Positions 1 through 12,992 of a stretch of DNA of 64,000 bases are shown piece after piece (position 1 is the stretch's first letter; every line of letters begins with the position of its first letter). A program made the translations under genes and the position numbers. The notes under the pieces were generated by a model. That model saw only the letters and a program-made list of their open reading frames with translations, ran no database searches and was not told the origin of the DNA. The stretch comes from Curvularia clavata (taxonomy: Eukaryota), in contig CP089276.1 of NCBI GenBank assembly GCA_023920165.1, positions 2,666,001 through 2,730,000 on the forward strand, read 5' to 3'.

Positions 1-802
1 TTTGTTCCGAATATCTGGTGTCAAAATACTCCGGATAGATACGGATGAGGGGTGAAGCGAAGGGACGCGGGTAGCCAGTATGAGCCGACGAGGGCCTGAT
101 CTGAATTGAAATGCCGAACGTCAGTTGTTTTACCTGGAGATCGGCCCCCAATACGACGGTTGAAGGAATGTCGGAACAAAGGGTTTGTGCAGGCAGAAGG
201 CGTCTCGGTACGTGCTACGGGGGAAATCCAAAAGCTGTTGCATTAGAGGGTGATCGTTGGAGCTTAGTAGAGAAAATCTCATTTAGGCCTCTCCGCAACC
301 TGCTTAGTCGGGTTGCATGTCGTGTGGCTTAGGCCGCCGTCGACTGTTACCCTGCCGATCACGTGGGATGGTTCTGTGGATGTGACATAAGAGCGTCATC
401 AGCCTCACCCGTGTCTAGGATAGCACTGTCTACAAACAGGATCCCTGCCTGTAAAAGTGGGTTTAAAGTGGGGACACAACTGACGCCGCTATCCAGCGGG
501 CCGAAACGGGTGGGCACTAAACTTGTGGTACGTGCCAAGTCGGGGCAACCTTGCTCACCATCCGATCGTCTTATCCGTGTTGCGCTGGCACATATTATCT
601 CCGCAGGTGGCGACGACCACACACCCTTGCTTGTCAAATCAGGGCACCGCGGACGAGGCTGATACAGGGGTTTTATCAACTACGTGCGAACCGTAGGATC
701 TGGGGGAGGGTGTGCTACACATGTTTTTCTTTCGCCGCGCAGCGTCTTAATCAAGTGTTCTGCTCCATCCTCGCACGATTTTCCATTTCTGTTTCTTTCG
801 CA

Positions 803-2279
803 ATGGATTTTAGTCAACTGGACGCAATCTCTTCGGATCTTGCCCTTACTGCGAAAAGACTCAAGGCCCTATGTGAGAACAGTAGCCAAGCAATCACGAG
901 CGCCAACAATGAACCCACAAAAGACGCCCTGGTGCCTTCGGCCATGGCATACAACCTGGAGCATGAAATCGCCTTAGCACAAAGCAATCTCAACAGTATT
1001 TCCTCGCGCTTGGAAACACTCTTGGCTGGTCCTGCTAGTTTTATACGTTCAATGGCCACACAGGTAGGTGAATATGCTTTCCCGTAGGTCCCTTTTGCTA
1101 TCTTGGCGCGACTTAGCTAAGTCTGGTTCAAAATAGAGTCAACTCCTGGCATGTTTAAAATGGATGGGAGAATACCAGATCATTGCCTACATACCACTGG
1201 ACGACATTATTTCGCTTGAAGAGCTTGCCAACCTGGCTGATGTGTCAGAACACACGCTCAGCCGAGTCGTAAGAATGACTGCAACTGCAGGTTTCTTGTA
1301 CGAGCCACAGCCCGGACACGTTGCACACACTCCTTTGTCTCTATCGTTTACGACTGAGTTGTCATATTTTGATGCCGCCATGTTTTTGGCAAATAAAGTT
1401 GCTCCAGCTTCCTTCAATCTCGCCTTTTTCGCAAATGAACACGACAGTACGGCGATGCATTTGCAGTCACCACGCCCGCTAGATCTTCTTTCCCAAGAGC
1501 CACAGACCAACCGTCAATGGCAGGCCTTCCGTCAGAGTATGGGTAGCATGAGCAATTCGCTAGCATATCTCCCCAACCTGCTCAATTGGCGCAGTCTCGG
1601 GGATGCATCCGTTGTAGATGTAAGTAATCCGAGATACGATACCGGGTGAATTTTTTTTGTTCATGTTTTACTGACAAAATTCCCATCGCAACAGATCTGT
1701 GATAGTGACACTACATTGGCGCAAGACCTTGCACAGGCCGCTCCAGCACTTCGAGTCACTGTACAAACCTACGACTTTACACCCACGGAAACGGCCCTTT
1801 CCGCTTTGGGGAACAGCGACAAAGACACCATCATGAGTCAACGTGTCGTCATACAACGAAGGAAACCCACGATATCCCAGCCGATAAAGGATGCAGCAGT
1901 GTACCTTCTACATCCTTCCTTTGGTGCAGCAAGCACACGTGGCTATACCCCCAGCGAATTGGTCACCATGGAACTCAAGGCGCATTTCGGTATCCTACGA
2001 GCCAATCCAACCGCACTGTTGATTCTGGCTCCGGCAATGTTGCCCGAACCGGGGTCCGTCGCAGTCAATCTTGAGACGCAAGCAAGGTTACTCGATTTCG
2101 CAGAGACGCATCTCACTGGGCAGGGTGCTATGGAGGTATCCGAGCTGTACCGATTGACTGACAGCGTATGCGACGCGCGTGGAAGACTAATCATCAAAAG
2201 CCGGGTCCGGTCCGCTGACGGTGCAACTATTGCCTTAGTTGTCAAATATCAACCATGTGAGAGCGCAGAGCTCATCTGA
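803..2279 (+). CDS. AflJ/AflS (MdpA-like) transcriptional coactivator, O-methyltransferase-like fold
   Basis: Exons 803-1063, 1137-1619, 1695-2279 with GT..AG introns. Spliced protein has 'SQLLACLKWMGEYQIIAYIPL' and 'LSRVVRMTATAGFLYEPQPGHVAHTPLS', typical of AflJ/MdpA. Confidence 0.88.
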
Positions 2280-3296
2280 CAAACCTTACCGAGTCATTTA
2301 TCTTCTTCATATTTCCTGGGGCTTCGCATTGCATACTGTAGCATTATCTCCCCACTACAATAATGTACCAATCAACAGTGTCACCTGCATCCATGTGCCA
2401 TAGTAAATGTTGATATCGAGCTATAAGGGCGGGGCTCGCATTGTCACATCCCCATGTATACTTGAAAGTGGTAACTTATGCGTAGCTTCTGGATGCGGTC
2501 GCTACAGGCATCGCAGCGGGTTTCCCAACTGGTGTGACAGACCAGGTAGCCCCTGGTAGCATGTGCAACGGCGTGGAGTCCGCGTACCCCTCGCATTCGA
2601 GATGAGAACTGCCAAGGGTCCAACACTCGCATTGCATTCCTTCAAACCGGTAGTGGCGTCCGATAGGAAATGATGCCATCGGAGTCCAAGAAACCCAAGA
2701 TCTCGAAGATTGTAAATGTTTTGCTTATTGCCGGGATTTACTGTGGCTGTTCGACGACGACCAAGCTGACGGGCTTCCCCACATTGCTGTACCGAAATGG
2801 CTCCGACAGGAGAAAGCATGCGGCCGCTTGGCATTGTTCCACGGCACAAAAGGCTTGAGGGATCACTGCGGCTGAATTTTGCTTAGCTTACGAATACAAC
2901 CCGAATCGTGAAGCAGGCTGCCAAAAGATACGGACCGATTTGTACAACTTTGAACCGTTTCGAATCAGAACACCCCCCACACCCCCGTACATTTATTGCA
3001 TCAATGGCGTTTGTAGTGTAATTTATGGTTGCACGGGGGGCGATGACATGGTCACATGACTAGGAAGGTGGAGAATCAGCGCTACGGGGAGTATTACGGT
3101 CCAATGTGCTGGGACATGGTAACACGAGGATGTCGGTACTGGAGTGCAGAAGGGTGTTACCCCGAGGGCCGCCTCCGGGGGTTCAAAAGTAAACAAAAGA
3201 GAAGAAGTGATATAAACCGCTTTGCTGGTCGATAGCCTACGATCGACTTGACATGTCAACTCTTTCCATATCGCCCAACCTTTTTGCATCGAGACA

Positions 3297-3827
3297 ATGG
3301 CAATCGACGATACACAGCAGCACAGCAAAGGCCTCCCGCCAAGCAAGTATCTGTGTCTTACCATTCTTGGCTACCGCAAACCGGGTTTAAGCGAGGAGGA
3401 CTATCGTCGCCACATGACGGAGGTATCCGCCCCGCTCACCAAGGATCTCATGGTCAAGCACGGAATCAAGCGTTGGACGGTGATTCATAACCCCAAGGAG
3501 ACGCGAGAGCTCATGAGCCAGCTGTATGATCAGCAGATGGCAAACGTGGCTGATTACGATTGCTTCAGCCAGGTTGTTTTTGAGAGCATCGACGACTACA
3601 AGAGGCTTCGGGAGGACCCGTGGTACAAGAGCCGTCTATTCGGGGATCATGAAAAGTTTGCTGACACTCGGCGAAGCCAGTAAGTTTGTTGGCGCCGTAT
3701 GGTGAATGCGAGATGCGGGTCATGACTGATGATGCACAGGATGACTATTGGATGGATTGAGGAATGGGTGCACAATGGACAGATTCGGGAGAGTATGGAC
3801 GCACCCTGGCCGTCGTTGCAGGGCTAA
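3297..3827 (+). CDS. EthD-domain protein, probable atrochrysone carboxylic acid decarboxylase (TpcK/MdpH-type)
   Basis: Exons 3297-3679, 3740-3827. '[27 protein letters not shown]' and '[16 protein letters not shown]...DPWY...DHEKFADT' EthD signature. Confidence 0.88.
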
Positions 3828-4992
3828 TGCTGTGCAATTGTCCAATGAAGGGGCCGTGTGTTTAAATAAATTCGTGCCTAGTAAACAAATGGTACCTCGC
3901 GTGGTTAGATTATTGAATGCTGATGACGAGTGGCATGATTTGGTGCTGTGCAAAATGCCCTTGGCCAGTTTGGGAAGGGACGCGGGATGGGCTTGGATCG
4001 GACTGGCCGGCCTGGACCATCTCGCAAAACGTGACTGCTTGTGTCTAGGCCAGAACATGTGTGTTGCAGACACGTAAGATTTTGGAGCATGGCCCAGTTA
4101 ACATTTTCCTCAGGCGGGAAGGAAGCTAGCGGTAGGCAAGAATGATGGGCGGCCCGCTGGGATCCACGCTGGCAAAAGCGAGGCTGGACGTTGGAAAGTC
4201 GGGACAAGGACGCTAAGCCGTTTCGGGTTGGCGCACATGAGGCTAGTCCCGACACAGCGGCCGCCGGAGGAATACCCCGCGAGTGTTACCGAGTCGATGG
4301 AGTCGTGGGCAGGCCGGATTGCTAGGCAGACGTAAGGGTCTGGAGCTTAAGACTGGGATCGCCGGAAACAAAACGGGCAGTGCTGGCGGCTCGAGCGAGT
4401 CGAAGCAGGCTTGGGTGGGTCTGCGGCGGCGTTGACGGTGGTACTTTTTGGAGTTCGCGACACATGCAGGAGTCCCAAGTGCTAGGACAGTCTCCGGCAG
4501 CATACGGGCCTTGCTGGCCGGGGGACGTGCCAGGTTGTGGAAACGAGCAAGCCAATGATGGCCGGGGCTTACATTCCTATTCAGGGACCAACACAGTGGG
4601 CCTTATCAGGGACGTGGGCGGAGGGTACGGTGCCATGTCTCAGTGACCGGTCCGCAGCCACCAGCGTCAAGGGACCCGGCCGCAGCTGGGGCGGAAAGGC
4701 GTTTAGCTCTGCGAGGCTCCCGATTTGCTGCACGATCCCAGGAACCATATAGCAGCAAGATCGGTGATTTGGGCGTAATCGGGCGGCAAGTGACACAAGG
4801 CCGTCGACAGCGCTGAGGGCGAAGCCTGATAGGCGATGTGGTCCCCGGCAGCGCGTGATTTTGGCCGTGATCGTGGAGGAGCCTGAGACGGGCATCATGG
4901 ATACTAAAGAGTGAAGACCGTCCGAGCAGTGTGTGTAGTTCAGTGACAAAAACGCAACAAGAGGAGCGCAAGCAGCGTTGTTGATGTTGGCC

Positions 4993-6711
4993 ATGAACCC
5001 CCTCGCCAAGACGAACGACTCTGCTTCAGCCGCCGCCACCAGTTCGGCCAGTAGCCGCCCCGCCGCCTCGGCGCGAACTGCTAGCGGCGGCCCCAAGGTG
5101 CGCGACTGCTGTCAGGCCTGTGCCAAATCCAAAGTCCGCTGTACAAAGGAACGTCCAACATGCTCGCGCTGCGAGAGCAAAGGCATCGAATGTCGCTATC
5201 TTCACTGTCGTCGCCCTGGCCGGGTGCCTGGCAGCGGTGCACGACGCGCCAATCCTCCACAACCAGCCGACCGTCCCAAGAGCCAGGTCGCAGGGGCTCC
5301 AGCTGCAGGCAAACCCCTCCGCCTGCCCACGTCTCCATCGCCTTCGCCACACGACAGCAGTAGTACAGCAGACCATGGGATTGCGTCGCTGCTCCTGTCG
5401 CCCGTATCCACGACCCAGCCGCCGGATCAGACCCCAGTCTGTAACACAAACACGCATCACCGCGTCGACTCGTTCCAGACGCATTCCAGCGCCTCCGATG
5501 TCCTCGCCTCCGACCTCTTTCCCGCCCTCACCTTTGACAGCTCCCACCCCTCCTATGGCGTCTGGGACGACTGCCTGGATACGCTGGCCGGCCTCGATGC
5601 GCCCTCGTATCCTCAACTCATGGATTGGGATCCCTCGGCCACGGCTATGTCTGGAAATCTGTCCCTCGACTCGGGCTTGGGCCTAGACATGTTCGACAGC
5701 GCCAGCACCAGCGGCCCTCAGTCGCCAGCTAGCCGCCTGCTACCGCCTGATGTTTTGATGTCATCAGCCAGCACCTTTTCTACCGAGCCGAGCTCACGAG
5801 CATCGTCTTCAGAGTCACTATCGTCATCGTCATCTGCATCATCTTCTGCATCCACAGTGCCCACATCACTCTCATCTGCATCTTCGTCGTCATCGAGGCA
5901 TCCCAGCTTGCCGAGGGACGTTATGGCGCTACCAGCCCTACCCAGTAGCCAGTCATGTGGCCAGTCGATGCATCCAGAAGGAGCCCACTCGACCGTTTCA
6001 AAAGGGGGCAATGGCACCAACTGCAACTGTCTGGACCAGGCTCTAGATCTGTTCAAAGCCGTGACCAAAGACCCCTGCTCGGACGCGTCTTCCGCTTCCG
6101 GCAGCCCCCTGACTCAAGTTATTCTGAGCAAGAACAAGGAGACGATTCAGGCTATGCTGGCCCTCGTCAACTGCAGCAACTGCAGTAACGATAGGCTGCT
6201 CATCGCTGTTGCCCTGCTCATCACTATGAAGATGCTGTCCTGGTACGCTTCAGCTGCCGCTTTGACTGGCGGTTCTGGCCCCGGCCACAGCATCGAGGAC
6301 GTCTCTAGGGCTAGTAGCAGTGGGCACTCGAGCCCCGTATCAGGCACATCAGCGGCACCGGGCCGTGATCAGCAATGTCATCGACAGGCTAAACAACAGG
6401 TTTTGCGTGAACTGCATTCCGTGCAACGACTCATTACTTCACTTTCAGCCAGACTAAAGGGTCTCGAATCGGACAATACCGGCACTACCGCAAACACTAG
6501 ACTCTCACAGCTCTATGCTGCCTCCAGAGAGCCAGAGCGCAGCTTCGATGGCCGCAAGCGCATGGCACATGCCATGCCATTCCAGCCCGGAGTCGTCGAC
6601 ACGGCACTAATGCCCATCTCCACTCGGACGCTGGAGGCGGTCGAGGTGGATGCCAGGAGCAGTCTTGGCTTCTTGTCAGCAGTGGTGAGAAATGCTCTCA
6701 AGGAAAGTTGA
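4993..6711 (+). CDS. AflR/MdpE-like Zn(II)2Cys6 pathway-specific transcription factor
   Basis: CQACAKSKVRCTKERPTCSRCESKGIEC binuclear cluster, Ser-rich linker, AflR-type C-terminus ('CNCLDQAL', 'QVLRELHSVQRLI'). Start taken at ATG 4993; ATG 4984 is an alternative. Confidence 0.88.
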   Translation: MNPLAKTNDSASAAATSSASSRPAASARTASGGPKVRDCCQACAKSKVRCTKERPTCSRCESKGIECRYLHCRRPGRVPGSGARRANPPQPADRPKSQVAGAPAAGKPLRLPTSPSPSPHDSSSTADHGIASLLLSPVSTTQPPDQTPVCNTNTHHRVDSFQTHSSASDVLASDLFPALTFDSSHPSYGVWDDCLDTLAGLDAPSYPQLMDWDPSATAMSGNLSLDSGLGLDMFDSASTSGPQSPASRLLPPDVLMSSASTFSTEPSSRASSSESLSSSSSASSSASTVPTSLSSASSSSSRHPSLPRDVMALPALPSSQSCGQSMHPEGAHSTVSKGGNGTNCNCLDQALDLFKAVTKDPCSDASSASGSPLTQVILSKNKETIQAMLALVNCSNCSNDRLLIAVALLITMKMLSWYASAAALTGGSGPGHSIEDVSRASSSGHSSPVSGTSAAPGRDQQCHRQAKQQVLRELHSVQRLITSLSARLKGLESDNTGTTANTRLSQLYAASREPERSFDGRKRMAHAMPFQPGVVDTALMPISTRTLEAVEVDARSSLGFLSAVVRNALKES

Positions 6712-7751
6712 GTGTATGCCATCACCCTATCTGATTGACCAAGTCTCAAGGACAGGTACGCTCGGGGGGCTTTCTTTCCATTCTTTTTCGTAGGGCTACG
6801 GTTCACCTCAGACTATACCACATTTTCAACCACTGGCGGAATATGGCAGGCGTTCTTTATCCATGTGTATGTATGATGGTCACTAGACGTGTATATGCTC
6901 GTTTTCGAATCAATGGTGCGATGCGGCAGACGGCGTTACAAAACAGGCCTCTCATGGCACTGCAAGGTTCTTCGTAGCAAATTTATATTCCTCTCTGTCT
7001 CTTCAGCTAGCTACCCACTTCTCGTGCAGCAATGTAGTCATCGACACGATGAGGACTGTGGCGGTGAGCTATGTTGTTTGAAACCCAACAGTCAGGTCAT
7101 TGTGCGGGTCCTCGTGAAGCCTCGACGGCACACCCAGAAAAGAACACATGTCGCGATGATTGCTGTGAAGTCTAGCATACCAGTATCACCAAGAATCAAT
7201 GCACTCTATGATGATAATGCTGCAGACATGTGGCTGCTGGTAATACATTGCTAGCTCGGGGCGATGTCTGGCCAATCATCGGTAGGCTCTCGGAGTCCGC
7301 GGGCTCCAGGGCGCGATCTTCAACACATTCCCCAAGTCGATTACGTGCCAGACCCACCACCAAACCCTGTAGACTTCCCATGCCACCAATGGCTCAAACG
7401 TCTATTAGTGCCCGACCGCCAGCCGCAATTACTTGCTCTAGGTTTCGCTCGGCGCCCGCGGTATCCAGCCCCTACCGGCGCGCACATCTGCCGCCATAGC
7501 ATTGGCCAGGGTATGCCTATTGTTGCGGCGCTGCAGCCTCATGCCCTTGTCCTTTCACGTGTATCCGATCTACGTACTTGGTGATCATTCCTGGCCATCG
7601 GAATGTTTGATACACTCACCGTACTTGGACTCGCTATAATACCTATGTCTACAGCAGGATGTCCAAATCATGCATTGAAACTGTGCCTTACTTGCTTTTC
7701 GTTACTCTAACTTCTTTGCTGTCCGCTTCTTTGTCCAACTGAGTTTTCAAA

Positions 7752-10700
7752 ATGGACACCCAGGGCGGGCCAGCCCCTGTCCCGAAAGAAATTGCCCATG
7801 AGGAGGTAAACATGTCTTCTCAATCCTCGATATCTCCCTCATCCACCGAGAAGCACCAGCGAGATGAGGTGAAAGATCTTGACAGCGCGGACCAGAGTTC
7901 GACCAACACTCAAGTTGAACAATGGCGACTGGCCAAAGATCTCAAATATTTTGATTTGAACAACCAAGCTGGTAGCCGCAAGCTTGGCGTCACATGGAAG
8001 AACCTGAGTGTGAATGTAGTTCCTGCGGATGAACGATTCAAGGAGAACATTCTCAGCCAGTTCAACCTCCTTCAGCTTGCCAAGGATCTTCGGGCGAAGC
8101 CAGCTCTGAAAACAATTCTCGAATCCAGCTCAGGATGTGTTCGTCCTGGAGAGATGCTGCTTGTCTTGGGACGTCCAGGTTCCGGATGTACAACATTGCT
8201 CAAGATGCTAGCTAACAAGCGGAATGGGTATGTGACAAACCATTGTACTCATGACCGAGCTAACTAAATCCATAAGATACGCACAAGTGGACGGCGACGT
8301 TTACTTTGGGTCACTCAACGCCGAAGAAGCCAAACAGTACTCCGGCAGCATTGTTATCAACAATGAGGAGGAGTTATTCTATCCGACCCTCACTGTCGGC
8401 GAAACCATGGACTTTGCTACCCGCCTAAATATGCCCGCGAACATAGAAGGAAATGGCGCTAGCCGCACCGAAGCCCGACGCAACTTCAAGCAATTCCTCC
8501 TCAACTCGATGGGCATTGCACACACAGAAGGCACTAAGGTCGGTGATCCATACGTAAGAGGAGTCTCTGGTGGTGAGCGGAAGCGAGTTTCCATCATTGA
8601 AACTCTGGCAACACGTGGTAGCGTGGTATGCTGGGACAACTCAACACGAGGCTTGGACGCCTCCACTGCCCTTGAGTACGTACGCGCGCTACGTTGTCTC
8701 ACAGACACCATGGGCATGTCCACCATCGTCACTCTATACCAGGCTGGCAACGGTATCTATGATCTGTTTGATAAGGTGCTGGTTCTCGACCAAGGCAAGC
8801 AGATCTACTATGGCTCTCGTGAGGAGGCTCGACCCTTCATGGAAAGCCTTGGCTTTGTCTGCGGTGACGGAGCCAACGTCGCGGATTTCCTCACTGGTGT
8901 CACTGTGCCCAGTGAACGGCAAATCAAATCCGGTTTCGAGACGACATTCCCTCGTAGGAATACCGATATACGAGATGCCTATGCGCAGTCGACGATTAAA
9001 GCCAAGATGGACCAGGAACTCGAATATCCCTTCACGGACGAGGCGAAGACTACCACAACGACATTTGTCGAATCCGTAAGAGCAGAGAAATCAGGACAAC
9101 TTCCAAAGTCCTCCCCCATGACGGTATCATTCCTCGACCAAGTCAAAGCTTGCGTGGTTCGCCAATACCAGGTGTTATGGGGAGACAAGCCGAGTCTGAT
9201 CATGAGGCAAGCCACCAACATCATCCAAGCTTTGATTTCTGGATCGCTGTTCTATAATGCGCCAGACAACACTGCTGGGTTGTTCCTCAAGTCCGGAGCT
9301 CTCTTTCTCTCGCTTCTGTTCAATGCCCTTTTCACCCTGTCAGAAGTCAACGACTCGTTTGTTGGTCGTCCAATCTTAGCAAAGCAGAAGAACTTTGCCT
9401 TCTTCAATCCCGCTGCTTTCTGCATTGCCCAGGTCGCCGCAGATATCCCCATTCTCATCTTTCAGACTGCCTGTTTTGTCCTGATAGTCTATTGGATGAC
9501 GGCGTTGAAGGCGACTGCTGCCGCATTCTTTACCAACTGGTTCCTTGTCTACGTCGTCACTCTCGCCATGACTGCCATGATGAGGACGATCGGTGCGGGC
9601 TTCCCCTCTTTCAACTCTGCGTCAAAAGTGTCTGGCTTTGCCATCACCGCAACCATTGTCTATATGGGTACGTGATCGCATCTTTGACCTACAAAAATAT
9701 TTGCTGACATCTCTAGGATACGAAATTCCGAAGCCAGACATGCACCCATGGTTCGTTTGGGTCTACTGGATTAATCCACTATCCTACGGATTTGAGTCTC
9801 TTATGGCAACTGAGTACGAAGGAACCGAGATCCCGTGCGTCTACGACAACCTGATTCCAAACTATCTTCCTCAGTACCAAGACTCAAGCGCACAATCCTG
9901 TGCGGGCATCCGCGGTGCACGACCTGGCGCAACTTCGCTCACCGGACAAGAGTATCTAGACAGTCTGTCATACTCCCCGTCCAATGTCTGGCGCAACGTG
10001 GGTATCCTTTTCGCATGGTGGGCTTTGTTCATCGCCTGCACAATCTTCTTTACTCTTCGCTGGAACGACACTTCCAGCTCGAGCACTACATATATTCCAC
10101 GTGAGAAGCAGAAGTATGTTCAAAGACTTCGCGCATCTCAGAAGCAGGATGAGGAGTCTCTGCAAAGCGAAAAGATCACACCCAACAACGACACACTTGG
10201 CAAGCCGGATGGGTCGCAAGACAGACTCGACAAGAGCCTCATTCGCAACACGTCCATCTTTACTTGGCGAAACCTCACTTACACCGTCAAGACTCCGTCA
10301 GGTGATCGTACTCTGCTCAACAACGTCCACGGCTACGTCAAGCCCGGAATGTTGGGTGCGCTCATGGGATCCTCTGGTGCTGGCAAAACTACTCTTCTCG
10401 ACGTTCTCGCTCAACGGAAGACTGCTGGAACCATTAAAGGTGAAATCTTGGTTGATGGTCGACCACTTCCAGTCTCTTTCCAGCGATCCGCTGGCTATTG
10501 CGAGCAACTTGATGTTCACGATGCTTACTCTACTGTTCGAGAAGCCCTCGAGTTCTCGGCTTTGCTCCGTCAAAGCCGTGACACGCCTGTCGAGGAGAAG
10601 CTCGCGTATGTGGACACCATCATTGATCTGCTAGAACTACACGACCTGGAGAACACACTTATTGGCACTGTCGGTGCTGGACTTTCAGTCGAGCAGCGCA

Positions 10701-12163
10701 AGCGAGTCACTATCGGAGTGGAGCTTGTTTCCAAGCCATCTATCCTCATCTTCCTTGACGAACCCACCTCTGGTCTAGACGGTCAAGCAGCATTCAATAC
10801 CGTTCGCTTCCTGAGGAAGCTTGCCGACGTCGGGCAGGCAGTTCTCGTTACTATCCACCAGCCTTCAGCCTTGCTGTTTGCTCAGTTCGATGTCCTCCTT
10901 CTCCTCGCCAGCGGCGGCAAGACCGTCTACTTTGGTGAGATCGGCGAGAATGCAGAGAAGATCAAGGAGTATTTTGGTCGCTATGATGCACCATGCCCCA
11001 TCGGTGCCAATCCCGCCGAGCACATGATCGACGTCGTCAGTGGCTACCACCCCAGCGGCAAAGACTGGCATGAAGTCTGGCTCAGTTCCCCAGAGTCAGC
11101 AGCTCTGAACCAGCAGTTGGAGGAGATAATCTCCGATGCAGCTAGGAAGGAGCCCGGCACCAAGGACGATGGACACGAGTTTGCGACCACGTTCTGGACT
11201 CAGACCAAGCTCGTCTTGCATCGCATGAATGTCGGTTTCTTCCGCGATACAGCCTACTTCAACAACAAGCTCCTTCTCCACGGCGGTGTTGCTTTCTTCA
11301 TCGGCTTCACGTTCTGGCAAATTGGTCACTCGGTCGGCGAGCAAAAGTACATTCTGTTCTCCATCTTCCAATATATCTTCGTCGCACCAGGAGTCATTGC
11401 TCAGCTGCAACCTATCTTCTTGGAACGACGCGATGTCTACGAGACGCGCGAGAAGAAATCTAAGATGTACTCATGGCAAGCATTCGTTACCGCCTTGATT
11501 GTATCTGAGATGCCGTACCTCGTCATCTGCGCCGTCCTTTACTATCTCGTCTTCTACTTCGCGTCTGGCCTTCCTACCGATCCCAGCAGCGCGGGTGCCG
11601 TCTTCTTCGTTTTCCTAATCTACCAGTTCATCTACACCGGATTCGGCCAATTCGTGGCCGCATACGCACCAAACGCCGTCTTCGCCTCCCTCGTAAACCC
11701 TCTTCTCCTCGCTGTCTTGTGCTGCTTCTGCGGCGTCCTCATTCCCTATGACAACATTCAAGAATTCTGGCGCTACTGGATCTACTACCTCGATCCCTTC
11801 AAGTACCTCATCGGTTCGCTCCTCGTCTTCACCGACTGGGATTGGAAGATCGATTGCAAAGATAGCGAGTTTGCGATCTTCAATCCTCCTGGCGGCGGAA
11901 ACCAGACGTGTGGAGAGTACTTGGAGGCGTGGTTGAGTGGGCCAGGTGCACGCACGAATCTTGTCAATCCCGATGCGACGTCTGACTGCCGCGTCTGCCA
12001 GTACACATGGGGAAGAGACTACTTGGCTACGGTCAATCTCACTGAAAAGTACTTTGGATGGAGAGACGCTGGTATTTGCGTTATCTTTTCGCTGTCTGGC
12101 TATGCGCTCGTCTATCTTCTCATGAAGTTGAGGACTAAGGCTAGCAAGAAGGCTGAGCAGTAA
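7752..12163 (+). CDS. Full-size ABCG/PDR-type ABC transporter
   Basis: Introns 8228-8276 and 9668-9716. NBD1 [33 protein letters not shown]2 [34 protein letters not shown]; two TM domains. Confidence 0.95.
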
Positions 12164-12992
12164 GCGTGTTTGGATATTTGAATTTCAAGTTCGAGCGTCA
12201 GCAGTATGCAAGTGATGCATCTATCCTAATTTGGACTGTTTGAGATGGGAGGTTTCACTTTTTTCTTGTATTGTGGGCGGCATTGAGCGGTGTTTCGCAG
12301 TTTTGAGATTGCCTGAAACTTCTCACGTCTTCTTAGAAAGATAGAGAAAAAGACGTTTAATACCCTGTTGTTTAGATAACGCAAACATACATTCACATTA
12401 ATATATTCGTATTCCAAATGAAACGAATAGCCATTGTATTCACATCTGTATTCCCCTTGCGTGTACTTTCTCTCGGGACATACTCGTCGCAGGATGACTC
12501 CACCATAAAAGGATGTGAACCAGGTACAAGGGTTCTTTAGGACTGGGGCAATAAGTGTAACCATTGACACCCTGGAACTTAACAACCATAGCGTTGTCCC
12601 GGAGAGAAAAGCCCTGCAGCATAACACACTCTGCTATAGTTCCGTTCCTACAAGGATCTCAATTCCACCGGGATGGATGTCTTTAGCGAAGCCTCGTGAC
12701 AGCATTGTCCCGAAAACGTGCCGACACTAGATCTCGGGGATATCACGTGATGTCAGAATATCATGACGTCGTTATGGGACGACGCTTGCATACAGTAGTA
12801 GCATTGACATTGCTGAGCCAACAGTGTAGCCTCGGTTTTGATACTGAATGTATACATAAAGTTTAAAAATGCACGGAATGATCTCTCTATTCATCCAAAC
12901 TACCTGTTGCTATAATGCCCTAACAAGAAATTACATATAGGCCAAGAAGAGCACCGAGTACCTAGCTGACAACACCTCACCCGCTATCTCGT

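Noticed and set aside
111..800. Short ORFs and the 5' extension of ORF 551-1087
   Set aside because: No recognisable motifs; the AflJ-like protein plausibly starts at ATG 803 and the rest is promoter.
3830..4980. Several overlapping ORFs between the EthD gene and the TF
   Set aside because: GC-rich promoter or leader DNA; no domain signatures.
6900..7260. Minus-strand hydrophobic peptide fragments resembling a decayed membrane-protein gene
   Set aside because: Multiple stops and frame changes; similarity too weak to support without tBLASTn.
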